Origin: Camelus dromedarius
Lineage: Eukaryota
Direction of reading: 5' to 3'
DNA: 64,000 nucleotides
Assembly (NCBI RefSeq): GCF_036321535.1
Contig: NC_087437.1
Location: forward strand, 77,192,001-77,256,000
A model generated the notes under the pieces. That model was not told the DNA's origin. It saw nothing but the letters and a program-made list of their open reading frames with translations, and did no database searches. The translations under genes and the position numbers were made by a program. Below are positions 36,850 through 50,140 of this stretch, piece after piece. Numbering within the stretch: position 1 is the first letter of the stretch; every line of letters begins with the position of its first letter.

Positions 36850-37214
36850 ATACTTCCTGTTAAGCTGCTATAACAAAATACCATAGACTGGATGGCTGAA
36901 ACAATAAACATTTATTTCTCACAGTTCTGAAGTCTAAGATCAAGGAGACAGATTTGGTGTCTAGTTATGCTCTCTTCGTTTGCAAATGGCCATCTTCTCA
37001 TTACATCCTCACATGCACTCGAGAAAGAGATTTCCTGTCGCTTACTGTCTGTTACTCTTTTTGTAATGGCACTCATCCCATAATGAAGACCCCACCCTGA
37101 TGAGTCATTCTAACCCTAATTAATCCTAGAGGCCTCACTTCCAAATACTGTCATTTTAGGGGTTAGGGCATCAAGGTATGAATTTTGGAGGGACACAAAC
37201 ATTCTGCCCAAAGC
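36850..37214 (-). mobile_element. MaLR solo LTR (MLT1A0-like)
   Basis: 'gctgctataacaaaataccatagactggatggc...catttatttctcacagttctg...ggggttagggc...ggagggacacaaacatt'. Confidence 0.88.
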
Positions 37215-38529
37215 CTTTACATTTGTAATTTTACTAGAACATTTTTACTAAGAGTTCATTTACTCCATGCCCTTTAGAAAGAACATTCTGCCTTAAAAAT
37301 CAGGAAATCTTAGAGTTGGACTAGAAAATGTGATTTGAAATCCCATCAGAACATGTAGTATACTGTCTATCCCCAGATCCTAACCTCAATGAATGTCTTG
37401 ATTAGTGCAAATGGCTTTTAGTCGCATTTTAAGTGAAATCAAATGACCAAGTTTATATATTTGATTACCTCTTACTTTCTAGCTTCCTCCAAAGTATAGG
37501 AAAGAATATATGTGTGTATACATACCTTTGGATTGTATTAAATTTTTTTCCACTTTATTCATCTTAATTAACTCATGAGACTGAAATCATTCTGTTTTTA
37601 TTCCCAGTGAAGTGATAAGAGCAAGTGTTTTTAGTGTGTGTAAGGAGAGGTTAGAGATGAGGGGGATGGGGGAAAGGCCAGGCCTAATGTGATGAATACT
37701 TTTAGTAATCAAACAAAGCATCTTGCAGTGAGGCCTCTGTACCACAGAAACGTATATATGGATTTATTTTTATGCAAGTATGGCTATCAGCTTACATACT
37801 ATAATGGCCTTGGTAAAAAATAAGCCAATGAAGAAATTTTCCTTTCTGAAGTTTTTAGATCATCACACAAACCAAGAAAAACTTTGCTTTTCCTTGAAGA
37901 CATTGGGTTAATGAAACACAGCCAGTTACTTTTTTTCTCCTCTCCCCTGTGCAGAGCTTACTTGCTGTTTCATCTAAGGCAGAGTTTGCCAAGACAACTG
38001 AAGAAGTCCAGTGTAGAGAACTTTAATGTGGTTAGAAAATATCCAGAACCAAACAAGGGTCTGTATCAGGCTCTAAGAGTAGTCAGATTTCCTTTCTTAG
38101 ATGTCTTTTCTATCTTCCTAGAGTCATTGAGTCTTTGCTTCTTTGAGTAGTCAGGTTGTCAAGAACTTTCAGGGAAGATAAGTGGTTCCTCTGGTTAGGT
38201 AGCATGCCTCAGTGCTAGTCCTCAGTCCGTCTTGATTTCAGTGCGTCCTAGTGTATCCTGCAGCAAGACTTGCCACTTGCTTGCCTGTTTCTTCATGTGA
38301 AACTTGTGGGTTTTCTAATTTTGTGCCAGCTTACAAGTTGACTGATTATTGGTGATATTAATTATCCTGTGAGACAGGGAACTCTACAAATGCCAAATTA
38401 TACTAAATTGTTCCATAATGTGAAGATGCTAAGTCTAAAGTCAAAGAAAGCAGTCAAAGGTGCCTAATGCATTTGTTGCTTATTTTCAGAGCCTGAATCA
38501 ACTCATGGAACCAGAATTCAGATAAATTA

Positions 38530-39000
38530 AATAATAAATATAGGCCCTCACTATTTTCCTACCTCTGTGCTAAAAGGACTTATATGGATTAGTTTATCTA
38601 AACCTTACACCATCCTATGAGGGAGGTATTGCTGTTATCTTAAGTTTGAGGTAATTAACTGATCTAAGGATACCAGTCAATGAGTGGTAGCATGAGAAGT
38701 AGAATGCAGGACTTCCGGTTTTAAAACAATCAAATCAAAATCAGATTGCTGATAATGTAATCATTCCATTTGACTTCCAAAATTAATAGAATTTCATACC
38801 AAGATCATTTAAAAGTTCAGAGTGAGCTCTGAAGTAAGAATGTCAATTGCTAGCTATGCACCACTGGGCAAGATGTATTAGCTCACCTGTAAAATGGGAT
38901 CAATAACCTGTCCCTTCCCGTAGGGTTCCTGTGAGATAATCCATATGGAACATGTTAACTAGTAATCAGTACTTAGTGAGAATTCAAAACATTTTAGCTT
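38530..39000. mobile_element. Two decayed MIRs (minus about 38530-38720; plus about 38810-39000)
   Basis: 'catcctatgagggaggtattgctgttatc' and 'ctcacctgtaaaatgggatcaataacctg...tagggttcctgtgag'. Confidence 0.65.
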
Positions 39001-39429
39001 CTGTTATCAATTACTTAATGACAATATCATTCCCAGTAGTCACAACATTACTGCTTTCAATTAGAAAGCATGTGTACAAATAAACGTTAATTCACAGGTC
39101 TTGCTTGACCTATTGATTCTCACTTGCTGATATAATCAAAATAAGACAGTAATAAGGCAGTATAGCCTTTTACACAGATAGTTTTCTGGCTTGGTTATAA
39201 GATTTAAACATCAGTTGCTATTTCTATCTCAGACTGTTTTGAATGAACTAATAGTTTATTTGTCTACGTTTAAGGAGAAATTATAAAGCAGAGTGAAGTA
39301 ATGGCTCCATTATGCGCATTAAGGATTTGAATTCTGCATGGTCAGTGAGTAGGAAAAACCTGGAGTTATTTCAAACCATTCTTGTAATTGTATCTGTCTG
39401 CCTTCTGTATAAACAGATGAAAACTACCG

Positions 39430-39630
39430 AAGCCAGTTGAATTCCAGCCTTGCCATTTAACTAAATGTGTGACCCTGGACATGTCTCTTAAATCTTCCAC
39501 TTCCTTATTGGGTATGTGTAAGTGATAGTTGTACTTACCTCATGAGTCGTCGTGGCCTTTAAGAGAACTCATGCAATCAGATGGATTATATACTGTAGCA
39601 TTTTATGTTCTCAGTAAGTTTTAGCAATTG
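39430..39630 (+). mobile_element. MIR SINE
   Basis: 'ttgaattccagccttgccatttaactaaatgtgtgaccctggac...tacttacctcatgag'. Confidence 0.75.
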
Positions 39631-40732
39631 TGATGCTGCGAGTGTTATTTCTTATTCCATTTGGAATTGAGCATGATGGTAAATTTTAGCCTGTCTTTAG
39701 ATTCTGCATGGTTTTAAAATGATTAAAAAGGAAACAAACCATGTTCTATGAAAGTTAAAACACTTAAGGAGAGTAAGAAGATATGCCTTTTATTTGCAAG
39801 ATATTATATTCCCCTAAATTCCAGGTAATAAAAGCCAATTTTTGTGCTAAGGTTTTTAGTCATACAAAATCATCAAACCTCCTGCGAACATTTGTGAAGT
39901 GCCTGTGTGGGCATCACATCGTGCTGGGTGCTACAGTACAACATTAATGATGATACAAAGCATAAGCAGCATTTTTCAAGTTTTTAAATGTGGTTATTAA
40001 CTAATTAGTCTCAATCTTTGAATCTTTTTATGGGAATAAGGGACTTGAGACTTAGTTTTAATGGCTGGGATCATAAACCGAAAGGCAACTAAATTCTCCT
40101 GATACCAAACTCCAAGTCCAGACTTTAGTCCATATGTAAGAATATCAGATTTATGTGCCTTTTATTTAAATTAATAGGTTCACATGTTGAATTAAAGAAA
40201 TCACATGGGAGAGGCCTTCAAATCTACCTCTTCTTGAAGTTTCTCATAAGCGTTCTTTTCTTCTATAAAGACTACCCTTTAACTTTATGGAAGAAAATTG
40301 CAGTTGCCCTCTCTCCCTTGGCAATTACAAAGAAAAATTGCTTTGAAAATGTGGAACACTGTACTCTACAAATATATCAGTTTCTGAATCCTCCCAATCT
40401 TTGTTTTTCTCTTGGTTTCTATTTCTTTTCTCTCTAGAAGAGTGCTGTCATTTTGAGACAAGAATAGTGCTTTAAGATGTACCTGCAAAGGGCAGACAGC
40501 ATAACCTTATAGGAAAACTTGCAGGTCTGGCCATCAGCAGCAGGGAGATTGGTCCCAAACCCACCACTTTTGAGGTACATGAATCTGAAAATTAGATAGG
40601 CTCTTTTGCCTTATCTCTGTCCTCTAGCCTTTTGCCTATTATCTTTACAACAGGGAGAATACTAATACCAATGTCATAGGCTTATTTTTAAGGTTATTAT
40701 AATAGGAGGAATTTAAAACAAAAAACTCTTGA

Positions 40733-40883
40733 GGGGAGGGTATAGCTCAAGTGGTAGAGTGCATGCTTAGCATGCATGAGGTCCTGGGTCCAATCCCCAG
40801 TACCTCCATTAAAAAAATAATTAAAAGGTAGACCTACTTACTGCCCCCATGCAAATAAACAACAACAACAACAAAAAAAGCCA
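40733..40883 (+). mobile_element. Camelid tRNA-Ala(AGC)-derived SINE (Vic-1 type)
   Basis: Head ggggagggtatagctcaagtggtagagtgcatgcttagcatgcatgaggtcctgggtccaatccccagtacctcca has an A box, AGC anticodon and a B box with one mismatch. It has an A-rich body and (caa)n tail, with flanking repeat aaaacaaaaaac at 40715-40726 and 40884-40895. Confidence 0.9.
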
Positions 40884-41059
40884 AAAACAAAAAACATTTT
40901 TGTCAAATCAATTTTCAAATATGCTATCCAGTTTCATCAAAACAAAGACTCTGTATAGCCCCACCATATCCAGGAAGCTTTAGCAATAGACTGATAGCCA
41001 TACAGAGATGTTTGATTCATTTTACATGTGGCTTATAGCTAGCATAACTATCTCTGACA

Positions 41060-41200
41060 TAGGTGATTCTCAAGCTAGACTACATACCACTATCACCTGA
41101 CAGCATTAAAAATATTGATTCCCAGGCCCCGTTCCCTAGTAATTGAACCATGACCTCTGGGGATGTGGCCCTTGGCAGTCATTGGCATTTTTTTAAAAGG
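41060..41200. mobile_element. MER5-type hAT-Charlie fragment
   Basis: 'gtgattctcaag...atcacctg...ttaaaaatattgattcccaggcccc...ctctggggatgtggccc'. Confidence 0.65.
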
Positions 41201-42499
41201 GGGGAAAAATCTATCTTTCATGTTGTCTTAACTTTATAGACTTATCTTACTGACCATACCATTTTGAGGCTGAAAAGTGTTGCTTTTATTTACTGCATTA
41301 TTAAATGATCCTTCTTTTAAAAGCTGGATGCATATGAATATCCTAAAGAAAGATAGATTTGACTACATTTGTAGATTTCAAGAAAATTCAAACATGACAT
41401 CTAACAAGAAGTCGTCACAAAATCTCAAACTTTATCTTCAGACTTTCCTCCCGAACATAAAAGTCTATTTTTTTCTCTTCTTTCAACTTTTGGATAAGTA
41501 GTGATTTTATCTCACCCTATCACCTGCAATATAAATATTCCCCATTCCTAAACTTTTGCTTTTCTTCTGCAAAGTAGAATAACTTGTAATATCTGCAAGA
41601 TTGCCTAAATACAGTTAGATACATCTGGATTCATCTAAACAAATATATATATGAATTTTGTTTTGTACAGCAGTTGGTGATTACTTGAGATTTCCCACAA
41701 GTGCTGTTCCAGCTAAATTTTTAATTTTTGTTTTCATATTTGTCTACCGCAGTTCATAGGTGGGAGGATCAGGTTAGTTCACTGATATACCTCTAGACAC
41801 ATAGGGAAGAAACACCAACTGTGAACCTTAAACTCAGAGGAGGGAGATACATAGAGGTACTCAGACTTGGAAAAGATAAAGTTTCTTTTAATTATACAAA
41901 TAAAAGAAGGAGAGATGGTTAAATCGCTCTACCTCCACTGTACCCAGTGGCAAGTGACTGCTCATTGAATAAAAGTTCATGATGACAAAATTCATTTGAC
42001 ATTGAATTGTTGTCTTTACTTAATGAAAAGGAAGCAAAACCTACAGGAGAAAAACTGCTAGAGAATTGTGTTGCAGTTTCGTTGTTTTCCATAAAAGGTA
42101 CATAGAGGAGAAATACAGAAAGGAAACAGATACCTGAATTTGAGGTGACTTCCCCTCATCACAATACAGATAGACCCTAATTTAAGGGGATCTGTGATTT
42201 GCTTTCTAATTAACATTCCAAAGTTTCATGGCCTTAAGAACTCTGAACAGGCTGCATTTCCTCTGTCACCTGCAATCTGTATTTCTTAATAATACAATTT
42301 ACTCATTTTCTTAAGTTAACTTGTTTTCTGGGAAGCATTTAAAAGCAGTGACTTCATTTAGGAAATATAATGTCTAAGGCACCCAAATTAAAGATACAGC
42401 TATTTTGCCAAGTCAATTAGGAATGTATAAGTATTTGATAAAATACAAATTTAATTACAAAAAAAAAAAAAAACAAAAAACAGTTTACACAAACCTGTA

Positions 42500-43360
42500 A
42501 GCTACCCCAGTCTCAGTATGTACAAAACTGGATTCAGTATCTTTCTTTACTGCCATCGCAGTTTGGGAGCACAGAGAGTGAGAAATTCAAGTCATTTTAA
42601 ACAAGTACTCTACTTCACCTCCTGTCTTTTTATTCCTAATTCAGTACCAGTGTCTGCTCATAGATAATCTAGACACACCTCTCCAATGTGCTCTCTATCT
42701 ATACCTCCATCCTCACTACCACCCTAGCCAGGCTGCCAACTCCCCTAGACTGGACTGCTACAGACACCTCTTAAGCAGTCTGCTGACATCCATTCTTATC
42801 CCCTCTCATGCGTTTTCCCCAGTGCATCTACAGAAGCCTGTGCAATCATTTCATCGCAGATCTGGTTTTGTCACTCCTTCCTGAATTCCCTTTCTTCCCT
42901 GCCTTGTAATCCTTTCATCTTCCACTCAGCCTCTTTTACTGGCCCTCACTCTCGCTCCCCATTGCCCTGCCTTGCTTACCCTTGCTTACCCAGCCGCAGC
43001 CCAGTGTGCCCCTGGGCTTGCTTCCTCAGCACCCACCCCCGCAACCAGGATTCAAAAGAAAGAACTCTTTTTCCTTCCCCTCAGTCCTAATTTACTTATA
43101 TTTGTCCTTCAGATTTCAGATTAATTTTCACTTCCCTAGGGAAACCTTTCCCAATCTCTGCATGGGTTCCTTACTACTCCATCTCAGAGCACCATACATC
43201 TTAGCACTTACACAACTGCAGTTTTACAGTCACTGCTGATTATTTGATTGGTATCTCCCCCACTGGACTGCGTTTGTTCACCATTATATCTTTGATGCTG
43301 TGTACAAGACTAGATCTTGATAAAGCACTCAATAAAGTAAATATTAATTGAGTGAATTAA
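42500..43360 (+). mobile_element. L2 LINE 3' portion
   Basis: Pyrimidine-rich L2 body ('ctagactggactgctac', 'tgtcactcc', 'tctccccactggactg') ending 'gcactcaataaa...tgagtgaatt'. Confidence 0.8.
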
Positions 43361-45229
43361 CTAATCAAGAGGCTCAATTCTCAGGTATATGAAACATTAA
43401 AAAGAAATCCCATGATTAGGGCACACCTAAGGCTTCTGTATTGCAGTAAATGCTAATGAAAAAGCATCATACTGACAGGTAGCTTCTATATGGATTACAG
43501 TAATCAGTCACTTCCTGTTTAATAGGAAACTATGATACTGATGAAGGGGAAAAAAAAACACAATTATGAAAGATGGCATAATGCCAAATGGATTACAATC
43601 CAAAAGTCCCTGGGCTAATATAATACCTAAGTTCCAGGGTCAGGCAAACTAATTTCCAAGCATATATCTTATATTTGAAACAAAGTGCTTGACACTTGAC
43701 CCTAAATACGTGTGAAATTCTTCAGAAATATCACGTATCAAAGGTCAATGATGTACTTTCCCAATTAAATTTGTCTTTTGTGGGTACCCAAACTACTGTT
43801 GGAACATTAACTTTGAAAACATTTTTTTAATTAAGATTTTTTAAAATTTCAACTTTCTGGAGGTGGGGGGGGGGTGTCTGCACTGCATTAACCACCCTCA
43901 GGGTGTTAGCACTCTACTCTAGGTCTAAATTCCTAAAAGTAGAGCCATAGAAACAACACAGATCCTGAGCTTTTATTTTACCTTTGAATCCTGGTGTCTG
44001 TACTTACAGTATATACATAATTTGGGAAGAGTTATTTTCAATCTCCACACATCACATGCCTCATCAATAAAATGGAGTAAGACTAATACTGTGTGACAGA
44101 TACCTGCCGTGGAATGAGGGGTACACTGGGTTCCCAGATAATGATAATTCTTGTTCTCTTATTTTTCGTCCTCATTTTTTTTTTTTTTATCATTTTGACC
44201 GTTCAAGACCTTCGAAAAGTATGGATATCCATATGCCAGTTTGTATATGTTCAGTTTCAAATCACATCTCATCTCATCTCTCTGGGAGTTGGATATAAAA
44301 GATCTCCCAACTGAGGATTGGAATAACTTTTTCATTCTAAGTACATTTATTTATAGAAAGATACCTATCAAGAGAACACATGAAAACCCAAAGACATAAA
44401 AACCATTTTAAAATGAAAAGGAAGAAGCACATGTAATTTGTGTCATTTTCAGATGAGATTCTCTGACATGTGGTTTGCCTGAAGGAAATAATAAGTTATA
44501 CCAAAGAATTTAACATAACCCTTCTGCATCTAAAGTCTTCTCTCAAGGACCACCTTGTTGTGGAAATCTGAGTCACACACCTTACTTCTCTGGAAAGAGT
44601 GATTTTGAAACCAACAGCTAACTTCCTCCTGTCAGTTAAGGGAGTTGCCCCTTTGACCACATAATGTACAACAGCAAGAACAATTTTTCTTTCTTTTTTT
44701 TTTGTGTAGCATATAATTTTTAAAAACTCGGTTAAAAATCAGTAAAGCGTTCTTACTAAATAACTTCTTTTTTGCAAATTGAAGTGAGAATTTGAGGGTT
44801 TAAATCTTATAAAGAAAGTTTTTGAGGGATGTTTGATCTTAGCTTCCAAATCAAGTTTCTGTGGTTAGTCTTAAGATTTTAACTTTGAAGTATCCACTGT
44901 GTTAGGACCTTTGTAACAACAACGACAACAACAAAAACTAAGATAGCTTGCAAGTAGGAGTACAGCTTTGAAAACAAATCGAAAATAATGGCTGAATAAA
45001 ACCTCAGTTGGAATATAATTGAATCGCTGACATTTGGCAGAGGTATCCAGCTAACTCTTAGCCTGAGGTGATGAATTGTGTGTCTGAAAATGAAATTCTC
45101 TGGCTTAGATTCCATTACAAATAAAGATACAACTCTCTGTATATGATGACTTCATTCTATGGAAGTGATACTTGCACTAGGAAATGGTTTCATTACTACC
45201 ATGTATTACTCTAATATTACCCAGCAACA

Positions 45230-46003
45230 TTGCTTAGGAGTTCGGAATATGGACTCTAAATTCAGTTTGCCTGAGATGAATTGCAGACTCCATCAATTAC
45301 TAACTGTGCAATCCTGGACAAGTTATATAACCTCTTCTCCAGTTTTCTCATCTGTAAAATGGAGATAATAGTGATATCTTGTGGGATTGTTTAAAGTTTA
45401 AATGACAAAGCGTATTTTTATAGATTAATAATAAATAGCTACAATTTGGTCATAAAGTCTGAAAACATAAATGAATGTTTACCATACAAAACCAACATGT
45501 TAAGTGATCAATTAATGCCTACATTTGATAAGCTAGGGGAAGGGCACTTAAAAGAGTTCTCATAGGATGGTGTACCACCCCATTATTCTAAAGTGGAGAG
45601 AGACTAATTGGATAATAATTTCAAATCTGCATTGGCAAATGTGGCCATGTGGAATGGGTTATACACTCACCAGATTTTAACTCCCTGAATTACTTTTTCT
45701 GGGGTATGCTAAAGGTACAGATTTGTTTAGAATAGATTTGAGATATATATCATCATGGCAGTGTATCAGACTATTTTCTGGAGGTTGGAAATGCTGTGTA
45801 AAAGCTCTAGCTTTGTTGCAATTTCACACAGCATGTAGACCTATGCATTGCTAATGAGGGAGCACCTGTGGAACATACCATGCAAAATCATTGATCAAAC
45901 CATAAGCAAAAGTTAGTATGTAAGTTTCCTTCGTGTTCAGATTTCTGTCTACCCAGCATAAATGTACATGGTAGGCATGTTAGTACTAATGGTAGTTTAT
46001 TGA
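45230..46003 (+). mobile_element. MIR SINE split by a Tc1/mariner relic
   Basis: Core 'ccagttttctcatctgtaaaatggagataatag' near 45340-45372. A MIR-like 3' end 'gtacatggtaggc...aatggtagtttatt' resumes at about 45961. Confidence 0.7.
45442..45957 (+). mobile_element. Tc1/mariner-superfamily deletion derivative with transposase C-terminal remnant (DNA1_Mam/EutTc1-like)
   Basis: Hand translation from 45566: DGVPPHYSKVERD*LDNNFK, frameshift, CIGKCGHVEWVIHSPDFNSLNYFFWGMLKVQIC, then later NFTQHVDLCIANEGAPVEHT. Degenerate inverted termini flanked by TA. Confidence 0.85.
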
Positions 46004-46229
46004 GTTTTTGCCTGTCACCATCCATGCTCCAGGGGATTTTCCCTTCTACACGTTAAAAAAAGGCAGGTGTTGTGGAGATGAGCCTTCTCTTAGTTGTCTT
46101 TATCTAGGGCAAGAGGCAGAGTAGATAAGAAGCTCTCAAAAAAGTGAGAATTAAAAGCCCTTCCCTTCTACGAGTTTAAATACAGGGATCTTAGTGTCTC
46201 CTGTTATAATGTAAATGTGTTCATTTCTA

Positions 46230-46420
46230 AAGCAAGACCAGTTGAGAGCAGAGTAATATTGATGGTGAAGAAAAAGCAGAGATTCAGAGCACGTGATACT
46301 GCCTTGGGGAGGTCAGACTAAGAGCTCATGAAAACCTTTTCCAAAATAAAAATCCTGATAGAAGCAGAATTTGAATCCAGATTTATCTACAAATGTCTTT
46401 GCTCTGTGCCACCACTTTCT
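46230..46420 (-). mobile_element. MIR SINE, decayed
   Basis: 'gaagaaaaagcagagattcagag...agaagcagaatttgaatccagattt...tttgctct'. Confidence 0.55.
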
Positions 46421-46475
46421 GCTCCTGGAGGTATTTTACAGCTCCTCTGATACGCCATGTATCATGCTTGGTGAG

Positions 46476-46635
46476 GAGTTGGCCAGATTTAGCAAATAAA
46501 AATACAGGATGCCCAGTTAAATTTGAATTTCAGATAAATAATAAATAATTGTTTAGTATAGGCATGTCTCATGCAGTAATTGGGACATAGATGTATAAAA
46601 TAAATGGGTGCATTGTATTTCATCTGGCAACTCTA
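46476..46635. mobile_element. MER53 palindromic hAT MITE, right arm partly deleted
   Basis: 'gccagatttagcaaataaaaatacaggatgcccagttaaatttgaatttcagataaa...tgggacata...atctggcaactcta'. Confidence 0.92.
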
Positions 46636-47329
46636 TGCTAGGATATATGCGTATATATATATATATATCATAGTATCTGTCTAGGGGATTATATATAATA
46701 TATACATAATGTATATTACATATAAAGTCTAGCAACTCTATACTAGGAGATTTAATATATAGACATACATATGCATATATTATGTGTGTGTGTATATACT
46801 CCTTCAATCAGAACTTACAAACTTGAGGAGAATTTGTAGTTCGTTCAAGTTCGAGTAGCTAGTAAATGATCAACTTTGAACTCAAACACTGGCTTATCAC
46901 CTCAGATTCTGTACTGGTGGGAATTTTGGGTTCAAACTTCCCTATAAAGTGGGCAAGAGGTACAGAAAAGGAAAGGAAGTTACTCGCCGGACAGAATCCC
47001 CTTACTTCATCGTTTTGGTTAGGGCTGTAGTCCTGCACTCCAAGCTTTCTCCTTTCTTAAATTCAGTATCACTCTTTGCTTAGTCTACTCCACAGGTTTG
47101 GTGAAATGGAAAAGAATAGGCACGAGTTCCTACTCCTGTAAACCCACAAACATCATGCCAATTTTCTTGAATCAAAATTCAGGGTATGCACTCTGAGAAT
47201 CATCTGACAAATGGACAGAATATTGGAAATGATGTTCAGGAAAATCTGAGATGCTCATTCAGCCCGTAATTCCAATTCCTTTATGAGCACGCGATGCAGT
47301 GTGTTCCTTCATTTGATTATATGGTACTA

Positions 47330-47462
47330 CAGTCAATGCCGCATATCTGTAGGTTTCACATCCATTGGTACAAGGGGCTTACAGTACTTGTACTATATCA
47401 TTTTATATAAGGAATTTGAGCCCCTGTGGGTACCAAAATCCATGGATACCAAGGGATGATTG
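47330..47462. mobile_element. Tigger-family MITE (internally deleted)
   Basis: TA-cagtca...tgattg-TA termini, with internal 'cattttatataaggaatttgagc' and 'ccatggataccaagggatga'. Confidence 0.8.
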
Positions 47463-48139
47463 TACTTTCCTTTTATTAATGCCACTCACTGGTATTATTC
47501 TTTGTGTTTAGTGGTTTACATCTTTCACACATTAGTATCAGAATCTCTAGATTAGATCAAAGCTTCTCTAAAGAGAGCTTTACAAACTAAGAATCCTTGA
47601 TAATAATAAAGCACCTCCAATTTAAATTCATTTCAAATACACTTCTATTCGTTACCACAAACTAAATTAACAAAATTGACATAGAACACTGGAGTTTAAG
47701 GGGACTCCAAAGTAGAGCCTCATGTGATGGCCTCTCTTTTAGTAAACAAAATCAGAATTCATACACTTTGAGGTTTGGGGGTATTTGTTTATTTGTTTGT
47801 TTCTTTGTTTTTCCTGAGTGGAGGTATAATCTTTGACACATACCCATCACTCTCACCTGATACCTTTCATAACAAATGACCTACCTTGGTAGAATGTTGA
47901 GTCTGGGTTGCTGCAGGGATTATGATTACACTGATACCATCCAGCCTCAGTAAGAAATCCATACCTGGTTGTATGACTTGAATAGAATAGATACCAAAGT
48001 ACCATCTAAAATGGATCATCGTTCATAAATGTCTACTTATTCACAGATTTTAAAAAACTAGGATTCATTTCTGATACATTCCATTTAGTGTTGATATGTA
48101 GAAGTAACTGCTAAAGAAGTTGGGTTTCTTGTTTTGTTT

Positions 48140-48279
48140 AAAAGTACAGATCATGACTCATTAGCAGGTTGAGAAAGCCATTTAGAATAGAAAATATCAG
48201 TGTATTGCACATAAAATGGCTCATTATTTTATGCTCTTTAAATATGTGAATCAGACTCAGAAACATTTGAAAACCACTG
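48140..48279. mobile_element. hAT-Charlie MITE fragment
   Basis: 'tcatgactcattag...tagaatagaaaatatcagtgtattgcaca...tttgaaaaccactg'. Confidence 0.6.
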
Positions 48280-48789
48280 TAGTAGACTGCCTGGCCCCAA
48301 AAAAAGTGTTCTCTGGCATATATATCCCCTTATAATCTTATCTAAAGGGAAAATTTAGCCTTACTTATTAGAAAATCAGGATATTTTAAATAGTTAAATG
48401 TCACTTTTACTGCCATTTTTGTTTATCATTTCTGTGGAAGATAGTTTTGGGCAAGATAGGTATATCCCCGCTGTGGCTATCTCAGTCTTAAAGACTGTGT
48501 GGTCCTTTCACATATGAAATTCAACCCTCTAATTCTAATATCCATTTCTGGAGCTGCAGAGTTGGCAAACTTTTTTTCTATTCATCATCTGCTATTAAGC
48601 CCAGGCCTCTCTGTAGGCTTTCAATACGACCTCCTAATAAGACGTATCTCTTTATCTCTCCTTCATCTCTCCCGTCCTCTCATTTATTGCATATGAATGC
48701 CTAAAGTACTACATAGCGGCTTACATATTTGATTGTTCCAAAAGATCCCTAAGGTAGAAGACAATGATGGAAAGAACTCCAACTGATCC

Positions 48790-49060
48790 CGTTGAATGCC
48801 TACCGCATGCTAAGCGCATATGTAGGTGCTATCAAGTATAATCCTCACATTAAGTTTGCAAAGAAAGATACACTTGCCTACTTATCATAAATTATCACAT
48901 TGAAGCCCAGAGTGGCAGACTGGGTTGGGGAGATGCTGTCCATACCTCTTTACAGACAGACCAACTGAGATGCATAGAATGGAGATCACTTACACAAGTC
49001 ACAAGGGAAAAGCAGTGGAAGCAGACCTGAATTCTAGTTTAGTGCTTGCTTCCTTCCCCT
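48790..49060 (-). mobile_element. Decayed MIR fragments
   Basis: 'ttgaatgcctacc...aatcctcac' and 'tttacagacagaccaactgagatgcatagaa'. Confidence 0.6.
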
Positions 49061-49990
49061 AGACCTCCTGCTGACTGTTCATGAAATTTACCTGTTTGAA
49101 AAATGGCATGAGAGTCAGGCAGAGTGACTATATTATAAGTACTTCCTTCTGACGCAGTGGCTTTACCGTATGTTTGAAGTTTTAGTAGTTTAAAAAAAAA
49201 TGAGAGTAATATGCATTGTTTTTTTAACCCAACAATTATAATAATCGATTTTCTGGAGGTTATTTTTTAAAATTTTGTTGTTTCAGTTTGACTAAAGCAG
49301 AAGGGTGGGTAACAGCTCTGAGTATTTAAGCTGCTTCTGTAACAACAAAAATTGATTTGTCTCATCATTATCCCTAAAGCGCTAAGTTTTGAGATTATAA
49401 ATTATTCAATTCTTGGCGATCTTCAACCTCTAATCTAGTCTGAACTGGATGAGATTGTCAGATTCTAAGATTTGAATCGCAGTCTACTGTGATGAGGAGA
49501 GTACAAAGCACATAAAATAAATGAACTGCCTAAGGGATTCACATTTATGATGATTATTGATCTCTTGAAGGGCTTTCTAAGGTAGAAAAGATTCTGCACG
49601 AAACCTTTTCTAGAACACAATCTAAACATCTTTACATACAACCTTAACATTGTAACATTACTTTAAAGATCTGTTTAGGAAAATGACTAATGCGCAATGA
49701 CTTCCTCATTTCAGGTGACTTCCCTGCTGCATTTGACACAATTGACAGCCTTTTCTTCAAATTCTCTTTTCCAGGTTTCTAACACTATTTTTCTGGTATA
49801 TCTGCTTGACTTTTTGTCTTCCATGACTCTCTTTTTATAGGCACTGTTCCAGCTGGAGTTATTTTTTTATTCACCCCAAAACTTCCCATGCACGTACATT
49901 TTCTTTTGTTGCCTCCTTACCTAAGAAAAAGAAAGAACAATCAAAGGTCTTTGCTCTTCCTATCCAGCTCCTTGCCATCTTCCAAGGTCC

Positions 49991-50097
49991 TTTTTTTCTT
50001 TCTTTCTTTTTTTAAATTGATGTGCAGTTAATTTACAATGTTCCAGATGTACAGCAAAGTAATTCAGTTAACATGTATACGTGTGTGTGTGTGTGTG

Positions 50098-50140
<43 letters not shown>

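Noticed and set aside
40733..40808. Functional tRNA-Ala gene
   Set aside because: It has a SINE tail and flanking repeat, a mutated B box, and no T-run terminator after the head.
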